A stretch of DNA of 64,000 nucleotides from Acidobacteriota bacterium (GTDB taxonomy: Bacteria; Acidobacteriota; UBA890; WLXD01). The stretch spans positions 2,240,001-2,304,000 of the forward strand of contig CBDFKD010000002.1 of assembly GCA_965248695.1 (NCBI GenBank), written 5' to 3'. Below are positions 53,512-64,000 of this stretch, in pieces (position 1 is the first letter of the stretch; every line of letters starts with the position of its first letter). The notes under the pieces were generated by a model that saw only the letters and a program-made list of their open reading frames with translations, searched no databases and was not told where the DNA came from. The position numbers were made by a program, and so were the translations under genes.

Positions 53512-54382
53512 CCTGTGAAGGACATGGCGGTCGCGTTCGGGGTGTCGGAACGAACGGTCTACAAGTGGCTTCGTCGATACCGGCAGCACGGGGTGGCTGG
53601 GCTGCAGGACCGTAGTAGCCGGCCGCACCAGTGCCCTCACCGCACACCCAACAGCAACGTGCGTCAGATCCTGAAGCTGCGACGCTTTCGGCGCACGGCC
53701 TGGGAGATCGCTTCAGCAGCTATCGGTACCGCGATCCACTGTTTCGCAGTGGCTCGTGCGCCTGGGCCTGGGGCGGCTCGACAGCCTCGACCCCAAGCCT
53801 CCCGTGCGCCGGTACGAACGCAAGCGTCCCGGGTCGTTGCTTCATCTGGATACTAAGAAGCTCGCCCGTATCATCCGTCCAGGTCATCGCATCCACGGCG
53901 ATCGTTCTACTCGCGTTTCCGGCGCTGGCTGGGAGTATGCCCACGTTGCTGTGGATGATCATTCCCGAGTCGCCTACGTGGAGGTGCTGGAGGCCGAAGA
54001 CCAACGGACGTGTACGAGCTTCCTGAGCCGGGCAGCGGAGTTCTTCGCCCACCACCGTGTACCGATCCGACGCGTCATGACCGACAACGGTCCCGGGTAC
54101 CGATCCAAACGGTTCAATCGTCTGTGTGCGCAACTCGGTGCCCGCCATATCTACACCAAGCCCGACACGCCCAGAACCAACGGCAAGGCCGAGCGCTTTA
54201 TCCGCACCCTCAAGGAGCGTTGGGCTTATGGCGCCTCGTATCGCAACTCCGCCAGCCGCACCGAAGCCCTACAGCCCTGGCTCAACAACTACAATCGCCA
54301 CAGACCCCACGCTGGCATCGGCATGCGGCCGCCGATGTCCAGGCTTCAGGCGAGTTCCTGAACAACGTGCTCGGAACTCACA
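53512..54382 (+). mobile_element. IS481-family element, 5'-truncated and frameshifted near 53720
   Basis: VYKWLRRY..GL.DRSSRP, HLDTKKL, VDDHSR, TDNG, TNGKAERF; end ...ACTCACA followed by ACTAG. Confidence 0.9.
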
Positions 54383-54483
54383 ACTAGCGAGCCGGATGCC
54401 GGTGCTTCGCTCGTAGGCCGGCACCTCACGCTATCACAGGACCCGAAGCGCTTCGACGCCAGTGGATCTCCACGTCCCGATGG

Positions 54484-54712
54484 TGCTCCAGTACCCGGAA
54501 GCGCTTCACGCCGAGCACTCGGTGCTCATCACACCGGGCGCTCATTTCGGAATCGACGATTACTTCCGCGTCGGCTATGGCTACGACATCGACATGACGT
54601 GCCATGCGCTGAGCCTGGTCAGCGAGACGCTCGCCGAGCTCCAGCCGGCCGCGGCCCGGGCTTGATGCAGCTCGACGGCAAGGTCGCCGTGGTGACGGGG
54701 GCCGGCGCGGAT
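54484..54712 (+). pseudogene. Aminotransferase class I/II C-terminal fragment followed by an SDR N-terminal stub
   Basis: SVLITPGAHFG...FRVGYG, stop/start overlap, then MQLDGKVAVVTGAG. Confidence 0.6.
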
Positions 54713-54806
54713 AAGCAAGCGTTGCCATCGGACATTCTGGGAGATGATCGTAAGGCCCGTCGGATGGGACAGCGCGTCTATCTCCGGGAGCCGTCGCCGT
54801 CTTGTC

Positions 54807-55197
54807 CTACTGAAACAGTCCAGCCGGAATCTCCCAAGCTACCACCCGATCAATCCCAGCTTTATCAGTCACGGCGGCAACCAGCAGCCCCTCCGAGACC
54901 GCGAAACAGGAGCAGGTCGGCTTCACCGATTCGTCGATAGCAACCGAGCCACGAAGCTCACCCTCAGGGCTAAACACGTCGAACACATCGAAGCTTGGAC
55001 CCCCGTTGGACACACGATGAGTTAGCACCCACAGATCTCCGTTGGGAGCGTTCGCCCCTCGAGCCAGCTCCACCTCAGCCTCCCGGAGCTTGCGTACGAT
55101 CTGCTCGGCGCTGTGCCTCTTACTCGGCATTCTGACCTCCCGTTCTTGACCCAGATCGTGAGATTACATCCGGATCCGTTTTCGGGGGTCAGGGTCA
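54807..55197 (-). pseudogene. IS3 left-end remnant fused in frame to a beta-propeller C-terminal fragment
   Basis: About 55052-55197 matches the start of the IS at 60306; then NGDLWV..FDVFSPEGE. Confidence 0.75.
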
Positions 55198-55218
55198 AAT
55201 GGTCTGCCAGCCGCGCCG

Positions 55219-56382
55219 CTAGCGCGGCTTACGGTTGTTCTTGAAGAAGCGCCACATGGTGTCGAGCCCAAAGTAGGTACCGTCGGCGTCGAGGGGCCAG
55301 CGGTGCCCGCCGTCCCATGAGCAGGCAACTACTTGGCGGCGGCGCGCGCAGTTGGCGCGCTGGCTACACTCCCATCCGCGATCGCCGTCCGCCGGGCTCG
55401 AGTAGACGCTGTCTGTGGCATCGCATTTTTGTGACGCGGAACCGGCGAATAGCTCGGTGACCTTGGCCACCGGCGTGTAGAGATAGCCGTCGGAGCTCAC
55501 CTCTCCGGCGCCGGGGACGGTGCGATCGCGTCTGCCCCATACGCTCATCACCGACAGCGGCTCGGAGGGCGCACAGTTGAACCCGACGTGGAGCTGTCCG
55601 TGCGACGGAATCACTCCCGCCAGGCGATCAGCCATGTCGCACGCCAGCCGCTGAACGAACATGCCGCCGTTGCTGAACCCGGTGGCATAGACCCGTCTGG
55701 TGTTGACGCAGTAGGCGCTCTCAATCTCGTCGAGCATAGCGGCCACGAAACCGACGTCGTCGACGCAGTTGCACCAGTTGCACCGCGCCTCCCCACATTC
55801 TGCCGGGAACGGGTACTGAAACGAATTGGCCGTGCACGTTGGCCCTTCAGGACCGGGGGAGCTGGCGCAGGCGCCATCATTCCACGACGAGATCGGTCGA
55901 GACCCATCGACTCTGAACCGTGTCGATTCTGGATAGACGGCAATGTAGCGTTTTTTGTCCGCATGCCGGCTCATGCCCGTCGTGCCGTGCTCCGCGATCG
56001 CCGCGCTACTGGTGTATCCGTGGAACGCGAGCACAACGGGGTAGGTCCGCTCCGGGTCGTAGGTCGGTGGCAGGTGAACGTTGTACGAGCGCGTGAGGCC
56101 GTCATGGCTCAGCGTCCGTGTTTCCGTAGCCCCGGGCCGGGTCGGTGGTGCCAGGCCGCAGCCGGCGCTGGGGCTGGGGCTGGGCCGTGCCAACAGGCGG
56201 GGGCTGGACCCTGCCAGCAATAGCGACTCGGCCCCACCCGATCGCGGAGCCTGAGCGACGGCATCATCGGACCGCGGCAGGTAGACCCACACGCTCACTG
56301 CCAGCAGGGCGATCGGCAGCGCCATCCGTCGAGAATGTGTAAACACAGCGATCTCCTTGCAGGCCTCGCCATCTTCCGCCAC
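55219..56382 (-). CDS. PHB-depolymerase/LpqC-like esterase (start uncertain)
   Basis: PVVLAFHG, VDDVGF, TGFSNGG, GGHRWP. Confidence 0.88.
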   Translation of the reverse strand: MAEDGEACKEIAVFTHSRRMALPIALLAVSVWVYLPRSDDAVAQAPRSGGAESLLLAGSSPRLLARPSPSPSAGCGLAPPTRPGATETRTLSHDGLTRSYNVHLPPTYDPERTYPVVLAFHGYTSSAAIAEHGTTGMSRHADKKRYIAVYPESTRFRVDGSRPISSWNDGACASSPGPEGPTCTANSFQYPFPAECGEARCNWCNCVDDVGFVAAMLDEIESAYCVNTRRVYATGFSNGGMFVQRLACDMADRLAGVIPSHGQLHVGFNCAPSEPLSVMSVWGRRDRTVPGAGEVSSDGYLYTPVAKVTELFAGSASQKCDATDSVYSSPADGDRGWECSQRANCARRRQVVACSWDGGHRWPLDADGTYFGLDTMWRFFKNNRKPR

Positions 56383-56534
56383 GGGCCGTTAGCCGATAAT
56401 GGGTCGGTTGATACTTGTTTTCTACATGGATTTTGCTAGTTCACGTTAGCAGACGGTCCAATCGGAGGAAGACTTTGCCAATCAAGCCCTGCGTTGCTGA
56501 CCTGACCCGAAGCCTCCGGAAATCTCAAGGCGAC

Positions 56535-57240
56535 TCAGGCGAACCCCAGAAGCTGCCGCTGGGCGGTCCACTCCAGCGGCAGTCGAGTGTCGCGCATGAG
56601 CTTGTTGGCGGTCAACTCCGGCGGTTGGAGACCATCGAGGATCGCCGCAACGATGTCCGGCGCCAGAAAGCTCAACCGCAGCAGCCGAGTGGCGTAGGAG
56701 GGTACGACGCCTTCGGCCTCAGCGATCCTTTGGATGCTGAGGTCGAGGTTGCGGTGCAGTCGATCGCGGATCCCGAAGGCTCGCACCAGAGCCGCATCAG
56801 GCTCGGGTCCGGCTGCGCCCCATCCCCGGCGCCGGGGACGATCAGCCTCACGGCCGTGCCAGCACGCTGCAGCACGGCGGGAACCTCCAGGGTGATGGTG
56901 TCTTGGGTGGGTGTTGACGGTGGCGCCGCCGGGCTATCGGGTCCCGAGCAAACCGCCTCGCTGACCCTCGCCGTGGCGATTTCAACCTCGATACCACCGG
57001 AATGGATGATGACCCGCCACAGGAGGTTCTTCAGATACGCCCTGGATTGATCCAGTTTTAGGCTTGGCCACCGCGCAGCGAGCCGCTGGGCGCCGGCAAC
57101 CAACCCGGCTTGGCCTTCGGCATCCGCGCATTCTTCATCCGTGACCGCGCTCCTGCCGGCTCGCCGAGCCATTCTCGGAGACGGGACACGACGAGAGCCT
57201 CCAGATCCGCCGCTGGGATACGCCACCCCTTGCGGTCTGA
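56535..57240 (-). pseudogene. Frameshifted 3' remnant of a second serine recombinase copy
   Basis: C-terminus closely similar to 44083-44795 (SYATRLLRLSFLAPDIV...QRQLLGFA). Confidence 0.9.
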
Positions 57241-57241
57241 T

Positions 57242-57267
57242 TGACCTGACCCCCTGAAACAGATCCA
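57242..57267 (+). mobile_element. Isolated IS3-type end
   Basis: TGACCTGACCCCCTGAAACAGATCC versus TGACCTGACCCCCGAAAACGGATCC at 60306. Confidence 0.7.
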
Positions 57268-57413
57268 GAAGGAATTACATGATCTGCGCTGCCATCTCAG
57301 ACACACCGTTATCCCAGACAACCTGGTGATGTTGCTCCGGCTGATTGTGTAATACCAGTCCGACGCGGCTTCGGGCAGACATATTGACTCCATTCAGATC
57401 TGCTACCGAACAG

Positions 57414-57535
57414 TCGGGGTAGCCAAGGACACGGTCTACCGATAGGTCGACACGCAGCGGCTGCCGGCGTACCGTGTGGGACGGCTGTTTCGCCTCAGGT
57501 TTCGGAAGTGGACGAGTGGGTAAAGATCGGCGGAG
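57414..57535 (+). pseudogene. Excisionase-family HTH remnant
   Basis: GVAKDTVYR*VDTQRLPAYRVGRLFRL / SEVDEWVK; internal stop and frameshift. Confidence 0.65.
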
Positions 57536-57647
57536 AGATCACGCTGTGATCGCTTCGCCTAAAGTCGCGATCACCCGTCAGGGACGACGGCCGCCGATGA
57601 GGAAGCGGTGGCCGTCGTCGTCTCGGGCTGTGCTCACTACGTAAGTC

Positions 57648-58290
57648 TCAGAACAGCCGCAGTCCGTAGGTCAGCAGGACCCTGCGTCCCATCTCCGGAG
57701 CCAGGTCCTTGATCAGCGACATGTGGTTCCGATAGAGCGCGTCGCCGAGGTTGGTGCCCTTGAGTGTGAACACGTGCATCATCGTCGGCCCGGCGATCGT
57801 GTGCGACGCCATCAGATTGATCGCCGTATAGCCGTCGGTCGCAGTCTCCGTGCCGAAGACGTCGTCCTGCTTGGCGGCCACGACGAGCTCGGGACGAATC
57901 TGCAGTCCATGCACCGGCAGCCAGTCGAGCGCCAGGCGACCCGACAACGGCGGGATCCGCGCCAGCGCTTCGTCGGTGTCCTCGAGCTTGGCATCGACCA
58001 CGTCGCCGCCGACGTGCAGGCGCCACCGCTCATCCAGGTGAAAGCTCAGGGCCAGGTCGGCACCGACGAAGCGGCTGTCGCCCTGTTCGTACTCGAGCTC
58101 CAGCAACCCGTCGACCACCTCCCCAGTCGGAGCGCCGAAGATGAAGTTGTTGATGTCATAATAGAAGACGCTCGCTTGGCCGTGCACCTTGCCGGTGTTG
58201 AGGCGCAGGCTCACTTCGCCGCCGTTGGAGCGCTCGTGCTCCAGATCGGGCGTGCCGATCTCGAAGGCCAGGTTCCCCACATGGGCCACG
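57648..58290 (-). pseudogene. C-terminal fragment of a TonB-dependent receptor
   Basis: GTPDLEHERS, PP.SGRL, NLGDALYRNH, terminal YGLRLF. Confidence 0.8.
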
Positions 58291-58329
58291 AGCAAGAAGA
58301 GGGCGAACACCATGAAGAGGAGGCAATTG

Positions 58330-58702
58330 AATGCTTGCGGGAATTCGAAAATCGCGCCGACCCCTTCGTCGCCCGTGTTCCCGTTGGCGAGGTCAGCCAG
58401 GCGCCGAAAACTGAGGGTGAAGTCCACACTGGTCTCCGCCATCACCGACACCAGGTCCTGTAGCAGGGACTCGTCCTCTTCACCCTCGGGCCGAAAGCCA
58501 AGCTTGCAAGCAATGCCCTGCCGGTGGGCATCCAGGAACTTATCGGGAAACGCATCGACGCTATCCTGCGCCAGCGTTCCGGCTTGCTCCGGGACTTCGT
58601 GCAGCAGTGGCAACAGGGTCTGTGCCAGGCAGACCAGGTTCCAGTGGGCGATGCGGGGCTGGTTGCGGTAGGCATAACGGCCGCCATGGTCAATGGAGCT
58701 GC
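58330..58702 (-). pseudogene. Internal fragment of SelO/YdiU protein adenylyltransferase
   Basis: SSIDHGGRYAYRNQPRIAHWNLVCLAQTLLPL, VDFTLSFRRL. Confidence 0.85.
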
Positions 58703-58836
58703 ATGCCACGATTGCGGCGCTGGTCCGCGGACCGCGGATGCCCGGCGCAATCCGGAGCCAGCATTCCGCAGCATTGCGCACATGCTATTAAGGTAGCCGA
58801 ACAATCGATGCACACAACATCGGCAGCCCTTGACGG

Positions 58837-59820
58837 CTAGGGGACGGGATCCTGATCGGGCCGCTGATTCCCGGGTGGTCGCGCATACAAGACCATGGCG
58901 TGTGCGGCGTCCGCTGCTCCAACCACTACTCCATGATCTTCACAAAGACCCGTCAGTAGTCCTCGAGTAGCAAACGCCGCGCACTGGTTGAAGCTCGGAA
59001 ACCCTGCGAAGCCCAGACTGCGAAGAATGTTCCTTCGGATCAACCAATGCGTTTCGCCAGAGTTGCCGGCGGCGAGCACGTAGACTTGGCTACCGATAGG
59101 AGTACCATTCTCAACCTCCACGAACGGTACTGCCGGAACGGTGCCAATGTGCTCGGCGAAAACGAATTTGCCGTCTTCCAGGAGGTCATCCTTCGTGAGT
59201 ACCGTACCGGGCGCCAACGTTCGAACACTGATCGTCGCGGGGGTAGCGAAGCCGCCGGTCGCTGCAGCGACTTCCTGAACCACGAACGCTTCGATTAGCG
59301 CGCGCCGGTCCGCGCTCATCGGCTCCGAGGCGACGGTCCATGAGGCACATTCGCTCCCGGGGCTTCCTGCAGTGCATTCAATGCGATTCTGGAGCAACTC
59401 GAATACCGGCTCCACAAGCCATCTAGTTGTACCGCCGATACCGCGGACTACAGTGTCGAAAAACTCCATATCAAAGGCGCTGGACTTCGGAATAACACCG
59501 AATATCGCTTTCTTCGAACCCTCTCCGGGCTCAAGAATCAACCAAGGTCTATAAGTCCAGTACCCGCGTTTCTTGATCACCGCTCCGTACGCTTCTGCCG
59601 AATCATGAGCTTTGACCGTCGACCTGAACCTCCCGCGCGAGTTCGTAGAAACAGTGAAGAGGCCTTTTACCCGGACCTTCGCGCCTGCAAGTGGCGCGCC
59701 GGTAAGAACATCGACCACTTTCCCGGTGATCCGGACAGGTGAGGCTCGATGGCGCTCGCCGCCAGCCGCGGACGCACTGACCAGCAACGTGAGGATTGCA
59801 AGCCGAGCTAGCCAGCGCAC
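58837..59820 (-). CDS. Secreted protein with carboxypeptidase-regulatory-like domain
   Basis: Signal peptide; ITGKVVD..TGAPLAGAKV, TNSRGRF. Confidence 0.75.
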   Translation of the reverse strand: MRWLARLAILTLLVSASAAGGERHRASPVRITGKVVDVLTGAPLAGAKVRVKGLFTVSTNSRGRFRSTVKAHDSAEAYGAVIKKRGYWTYRPWLILEPGEGSKKAIFGVIPKSSAFDMEFFDTVVRGIGGTTRWLVEPVFELLQNRIECTAGSPGSECASWTVASEPMSADRRALIEAFVVQEVAAATGGFATPATISVRTLAPGTVLTKDDLLEDGKFVFAEHIGTVPAVPFVEVENGTPIGSQVYVLAAGNSGETHWLIRRNILRSLGFAGFPSFNQCAAFATRGLLTGLCEDHGVVVGAADAAHAMVLYARPPGNQRPDQDPVP

Positions 59821-59824
59821 TCGA

Positions 59825-60179
59825 CTACTCCCCAGACCACTGCGGGAGCGCCGCTCTGAGGGTGATTTGTGCCCTTTCGTACACCCCGCGGACCCCTTCT
59901 GCGGTAAGCGCTCCCGCCCAGCTTGCCTCGATCTGACCGGAAGCCGCTACGAGGACGGTCATCGGAACGGCTCGCACACCGAGTTGCCTGGCTACTTCGC
60001 GCGACACTGGAACCAGCACCTCCCAGTCTATTGCGTTTTGGCGCAGGAACGCATCTGTCTGGCGTTGATTGTCTAGCGACAGGGCAACCAGGCTCAAGCC
60101 ACTTCCACTTAGCAGCTCTGACAGTTCTTTCCACTTGCCAACGTTCTCGTCGCAGAACCGGCAGGTCGTCGTCAGAATG
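59825..60179 (-). pseudogene. Thioredoxin-fold (TlpA-like) protein truncated by IS3
   Basis: TTTCRFC, VALSLD, LGVRAVPMT; 5' end replaced by an IS end at 60180. Confidence 0.75.
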
Positions 60180-62383
60180 TGACCTGACCCCGCGGTTAGT
60201 ACCATGTCTTATCTCAGTAACTCGGTGCTGACAAGAGGTTGTTGAGGCCGGCGAAGCGGAGCGCAGCCGGCTTCAACAACGTCGCTTCGGGTGCGGGCGG
60301 CCGATTGACCTGACCCCCGAAAACGGATCCGGATGTAATCTCACGATCTGGGTCAAGAACGGGAGGTCAGAATGCCGAGTAAGAGGCACAGCGCCGAGCA
60401 GATCGTACGCAAGCTCCGGGAGGCTGAGGTGGAGCTGGCTCGAGGGGCGACGGTCAAGGATGCCTGCCGCAAGCTAGCAATCACCGAGCACACCTACTAC
60501 CGGTGGCGGCGAGAGTACGGCGGACTGAAGCTCAACCAGGCCAGAAAGCTCAAGCAACTGGAGAAGGAGAATGCCCGGCTCAAGAGGCTGGTGGCGGAAA
60601 AGGAACTCGACCTGTCGATCCTGAAGGAAGTGGCGGAGGGAAACTTCTGAGCCCAGCTCGGCGGCGAGAGGCGGTGGCACATGTACGGGGGCGGCTGGGC
60701 GTCTCGGAGAGGCGGGCGTGTCGGGTACTGAAACAACCACGCACGACACACCGGTACGTGCCAAGAGAGCCGCAACAGGAGCAGATTTTGACGGAGCGGA
60801 TCGTGGATTTAGCCCGACAGTACGGGCGCTACGGATATCGGAGGGTGACAGCGTTGCTGCGCATGGAGGGCTGGTCCGTGAACCACAAACGAGTGCAGCG
60901 TATCTGGCGGCGCGAAGGGCTGAAAGTACCGAGAAAACAGCCCAAACGAGCACGGCTGTGGCTGAGCGATGGCTCCTGCATCCGGCTGCGCCCACAGCAC
61001 CGGGATCATGTCTGGGCGTATGACTTCCTGCACCACCGGACGCACGACGGTCGGGCTATGAGGCTGCTGACGATCGTCGATGAGTACACACGAGAAAGCC
61101 TGGCGATCCATGTAGCACGGAAGCTCAACTCTGAGGACGTGCTGGAGCAGCTCGGGAGGTTGTTCGTACACCGGGGCATACCTGAGCACATCCGGTCGGA
61201 TAACGGACCAGAGTTCACCGCCGAGGCGGTTCGCGACTGGCTGGGCCGGTTGGGCGTGGGGACGCTGTTCATCGAGCCGGGCTCGCCGTGGGAGAACGGT
61301 TACGTGGAGAGCTTCAACGGCAAGCTACGCGACGAGCTGCTGGATGGAGAGATCTTCTACACGCTCAAGGAGGCAAAGGTTCTGATCGAGAGATGGCGTC
61401 AGCACTACAACCGCATGCGACCGCACAGCTCGCTGAGCTATCGGCCGCCCGCACCCGAAGCGACGTTGTTGAAGCCGGCTGCGCTCCGCTTCGCCGGCCT
61501 CAACAACCTCTTGTCAGCACCGAGTTACTGAGATAAGACATGGTACTAACCGCGGGGTCAGGTCACTTCCGTGCTACATGGATCGCCAGGCTTTCTCGTG
61601 TGTACTCATCGACGATCGTCAGCAGCCTCATAGCCCGACCGTCGTGCGTCCGGTGGTGCAGGAAGTCATACGCCCAGACATGATCCCGGTGCTGTGGGCG
61701 CAGCCGGATGCAGGAGCCATCGCTCAGCCACAGCCGTGCTCGTTTGGGCTGTTTTCTCGGTACTTTCAGCCCTTCGCGCCGCCAGATACGCTGCACTCGT
61801 TTGTGGTTCACGGACCAGCCCTCCATGCGCAGCAACGCTGTCACCCTCCGATATCCGTAGCGCCCGTACTGTCGGGCTAAATCCACGATCCGCTCCGTCA
61901 AAATCTGCTCCTGTTGCGGCTCTCTTGGCACGTACCGGTGTGTCGTGCGTGGTTGTTTCAGTACCCGACACGCCCGCCTCTCCGAGACGCCCAGCCGCCC
62001 CCGTACATGTGCCACCGCCTCTCGCCGCCGAGCTGGGCTCAGAAGTTTCCCTCCGCCACTTCCTTCAGGATCGACAGGTCGAGTTCCTTTTCCGCCACCA
62101 GCCTCTTGAGCCGGGCATTCTCCTTCTCCAGTTGCTTGAGCTTTCTGGCCTGGTTGAGCTTCAGTCCGCCGTACTCTCGCCGCCACCGGTAGTAGGTGTG
62201 CTCGGTGATTGCTAGCTTGCGGCAGGCATCCTTGACCGTCGCCCCTCGAGCCAGCTCCACCTCAGCCTCCCGGAGCTTGCGTACGATCTGCTCGGCGCTG
62301 TGCCTCTTACTCGGCATTCTGACCTCCCGTTCTTGACCCAGATCGTGAGATTACATCCGGATCCGTTTTCGGGGGTCAGGTCA
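60180..62383 (-). mobile_element. IS3-family copy A (reverse), interrupted by copy B and missing about 316 bp
   Basis: 60180-60305 is the reverse complement of 61440-61565; 61566-62383 is the reverse complement of 60306-61123. Confidence 0.9.
60306..61565 (+). mobile_element. IS3-family copy B, complete (orfA 60372-60650, orfB ending 61531, -1 frameshift type)
   Basis: IRs TGACCTGACCCC / GGGGTCAGGTCA; YGYRR, WAYDF, DNGPEF, ESFNGKLRDE; GGGAAAC at the orfA/orfB junction. Confidence 0.95.
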
Positions 62384-62397
62384 AGGTCACGTGCTTG

Positions 62398-62554
62398 CCA
62401 CACTCCGGTGAACACCGAACCACGCGCGGTGAACACTGAATCCCCCTTGCTGGTGAGACGGGGTACCGCGTCGGTGAGCGCTGCAGCGACCGTCCGGTGA
62501 ACATCGAACACGAACCTCGGTGAACACCGAACCGGCCAGGGTGCCGGAATGTGG
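62398..62554. repeat. Four CGGTGAACAYYGAA direct repeats inside an 11-bp inverted repeat
   Basis: Copies at 62406, 62427, 62495, 62518; CCACACTCCGG / CCGGAATGTGG ends. Confidence 0.75.
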
Positions 62555-62862
62555 AGTGCTCCGCCCCCCGTACGACAGCAACGACAGGCTCTACTGGAAC
62601 ACCCACGGGCCCAGCGGCACGTCGTTCTTGCAGCTGTCGTCGATCTTCGCGTACGGATCATCCCGGAACCCTGATACGAGCTTCGGTCGGCAGTCTCCGG
62701 GTAACCCGTGTCGCTGACCCTGAAGCTCGATGATCTGCAGGTTGGGCATCGTTCGCGCCACGTGGTGACCCCAGCGGGGGCTGCAGCACACGTCGACCTG
62801 ACCATGCAGCGATAGCCCCGGAACGTCCGAGTGGAAACGGTCGTTGTGCTCGGATCCGGCCC

Positions 62863-64000
62863 GAGTCCTGTGGAAATAAAGATGGCGTAACCTCCGAGTA
62901 GGAAAAACACAAAGCCGCCACGAGCGGCAGGAGGCTACGCCGTGAAGCAGGTTAGCACGGAGGGAACCGGGCTCGTCGAGTTCCGGCAGGACGTACAGGC
63001 GCTGTTGCGCACCAGGATCCGCGAGGCGATCCAGATGACGCTTGACGAGGAGCTCACCGAGGCGCTGGGTTGCGACCGATACGAGCGCAACGGGCAGCGG
63101 CGAGGCTACCGCAACGGCAGCCAAAGGCGTCGGGTGACGACAGCCCAAGGGCTCCAGGAGCTGGACATACCGCGGGGGCGCATCGTGGGGCAAGACGGCA
63201 GCACCCGAGAGTTCCGCAGCGCGATCCTGCCACGGTACGCACGGCGAGCCCGGCAGGTGGACGAGGCGATCCTGGGAGCATACCTGGCGGGAGCCAACAC
63301 CCGGCGGATCCGCAAGGCGCTCTCTCCGCTGCTGGGCAAGGCGCACCTGACCAAGAGCACGATCTCCAGGGTGGTGGGGCGCCTGAAGGCGTACTTCGAG
63401 CGCTGGAGACAGCGAGATGTGTCAGGCGAGCGGTACTGGATCCTGTATTTGGACGGGTTCCATCTGAAGGTCAGGCTGGCGAGGCGGGTCGTGTCGGCGC
63501 CGGTACTGGCGGTGCTCGGGGTCCAGCCCGACGGCCAGAAGGTGTTGGTAGCGTTGCAGTTGGCGGTCTCGGAGGCAGCGGTGCACTGGCAAGGACTGAT
63601 CGAGTCGCTGGTGAGACGAGGGCTGCAGGCGCCGGAGGTGCTGATCGCCGACGGCCACAAGGGCCTGGCCAAGGCGATCGAGGTATGGCCCGATGTGTCG
63701 GTGCAGCGGTGCACACAACACAAGTGGAGCAACTTACGCGACCACTGCCCGGTTCATGCACGTGCGGAGATGAAGCGGGACTGGGATGCGATCGTCCGGG
63801 CCGATGACGGCAACCAGGCCAGAGCCGCCTACGCCGCCTTCGTACGCAAGTGGTCGACCCTCGTGCCCGCCGTGGCCCGGAGCCTGCAGGAGGCCGGCTT
63901 GAACCTGCTGACTTTCTACCAGTTCCCGAAGCCGATGTGGAAGACGCTGCGCACCACCAACGCCCTCGAGAACCTGAACCGGGAGTTCCGTCGTCGTACC
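62863..64000 (+). mobile_element. IS256-family element (transposase from GTG 62942, runs off window)
   Basis: Left end GAGTCCTGTGGAAAT; ELTEALGCDRYER..RGYRNG, YLDG, DGHKG, QRCTQHK, RTTNALENLNREFRRR. Confidence 0.93.

Noticed and set aside
62406-62531. CRISPR array
   Set aside because: 14-bp repeats with 7, 54 and 9 bp gaps do not fit repeat-spacer geometry.

Overview
High-GC bacterial chromosome window spanning the replication origin. Acidobacteriota-like affinity is an inference from the DnaA HTH variant GGKHHSTVIHS and an ADOP-type permease remnant. Three zones. (1) 1-1508: right end of an IS1-like element whose cargo is a frameshifted DUF3800 (RNase H-fold) gene, a compact structured RNA candidate directly 3' of it, a 33-bp palindromic operator, an RHH-like gene start and a small basic protein. 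(2) 1800-43600: core genes dnaA-oriC-dnaN-gyrB-gyrA, pcrA/uvrD, glmS/glmU, tmk, ychF, hydrolases, a two-component system with a spondin-domain gene, tRNA-Asn, recR-ybaB-dnaX and SRP RNA. (3) 43800-64000: decayed accessory region with a large serine recombinase/DUF2924/ParB-methyltransferase/terminase-remnant element ending in a repeat array, a complete IS1595 carrying a HEPN-like passenger, IS3, IS481 and IS256 copies, and many gene fragments. Best candidate for an undescribed system: the DUF3800 + ncRNA + operator/RHH module. Runners-up: the recombinase-terminase element with its AACAGGGAA array and the IS1595 HEPN cargo. All family assignments are by motif recognition; no database searches were run.
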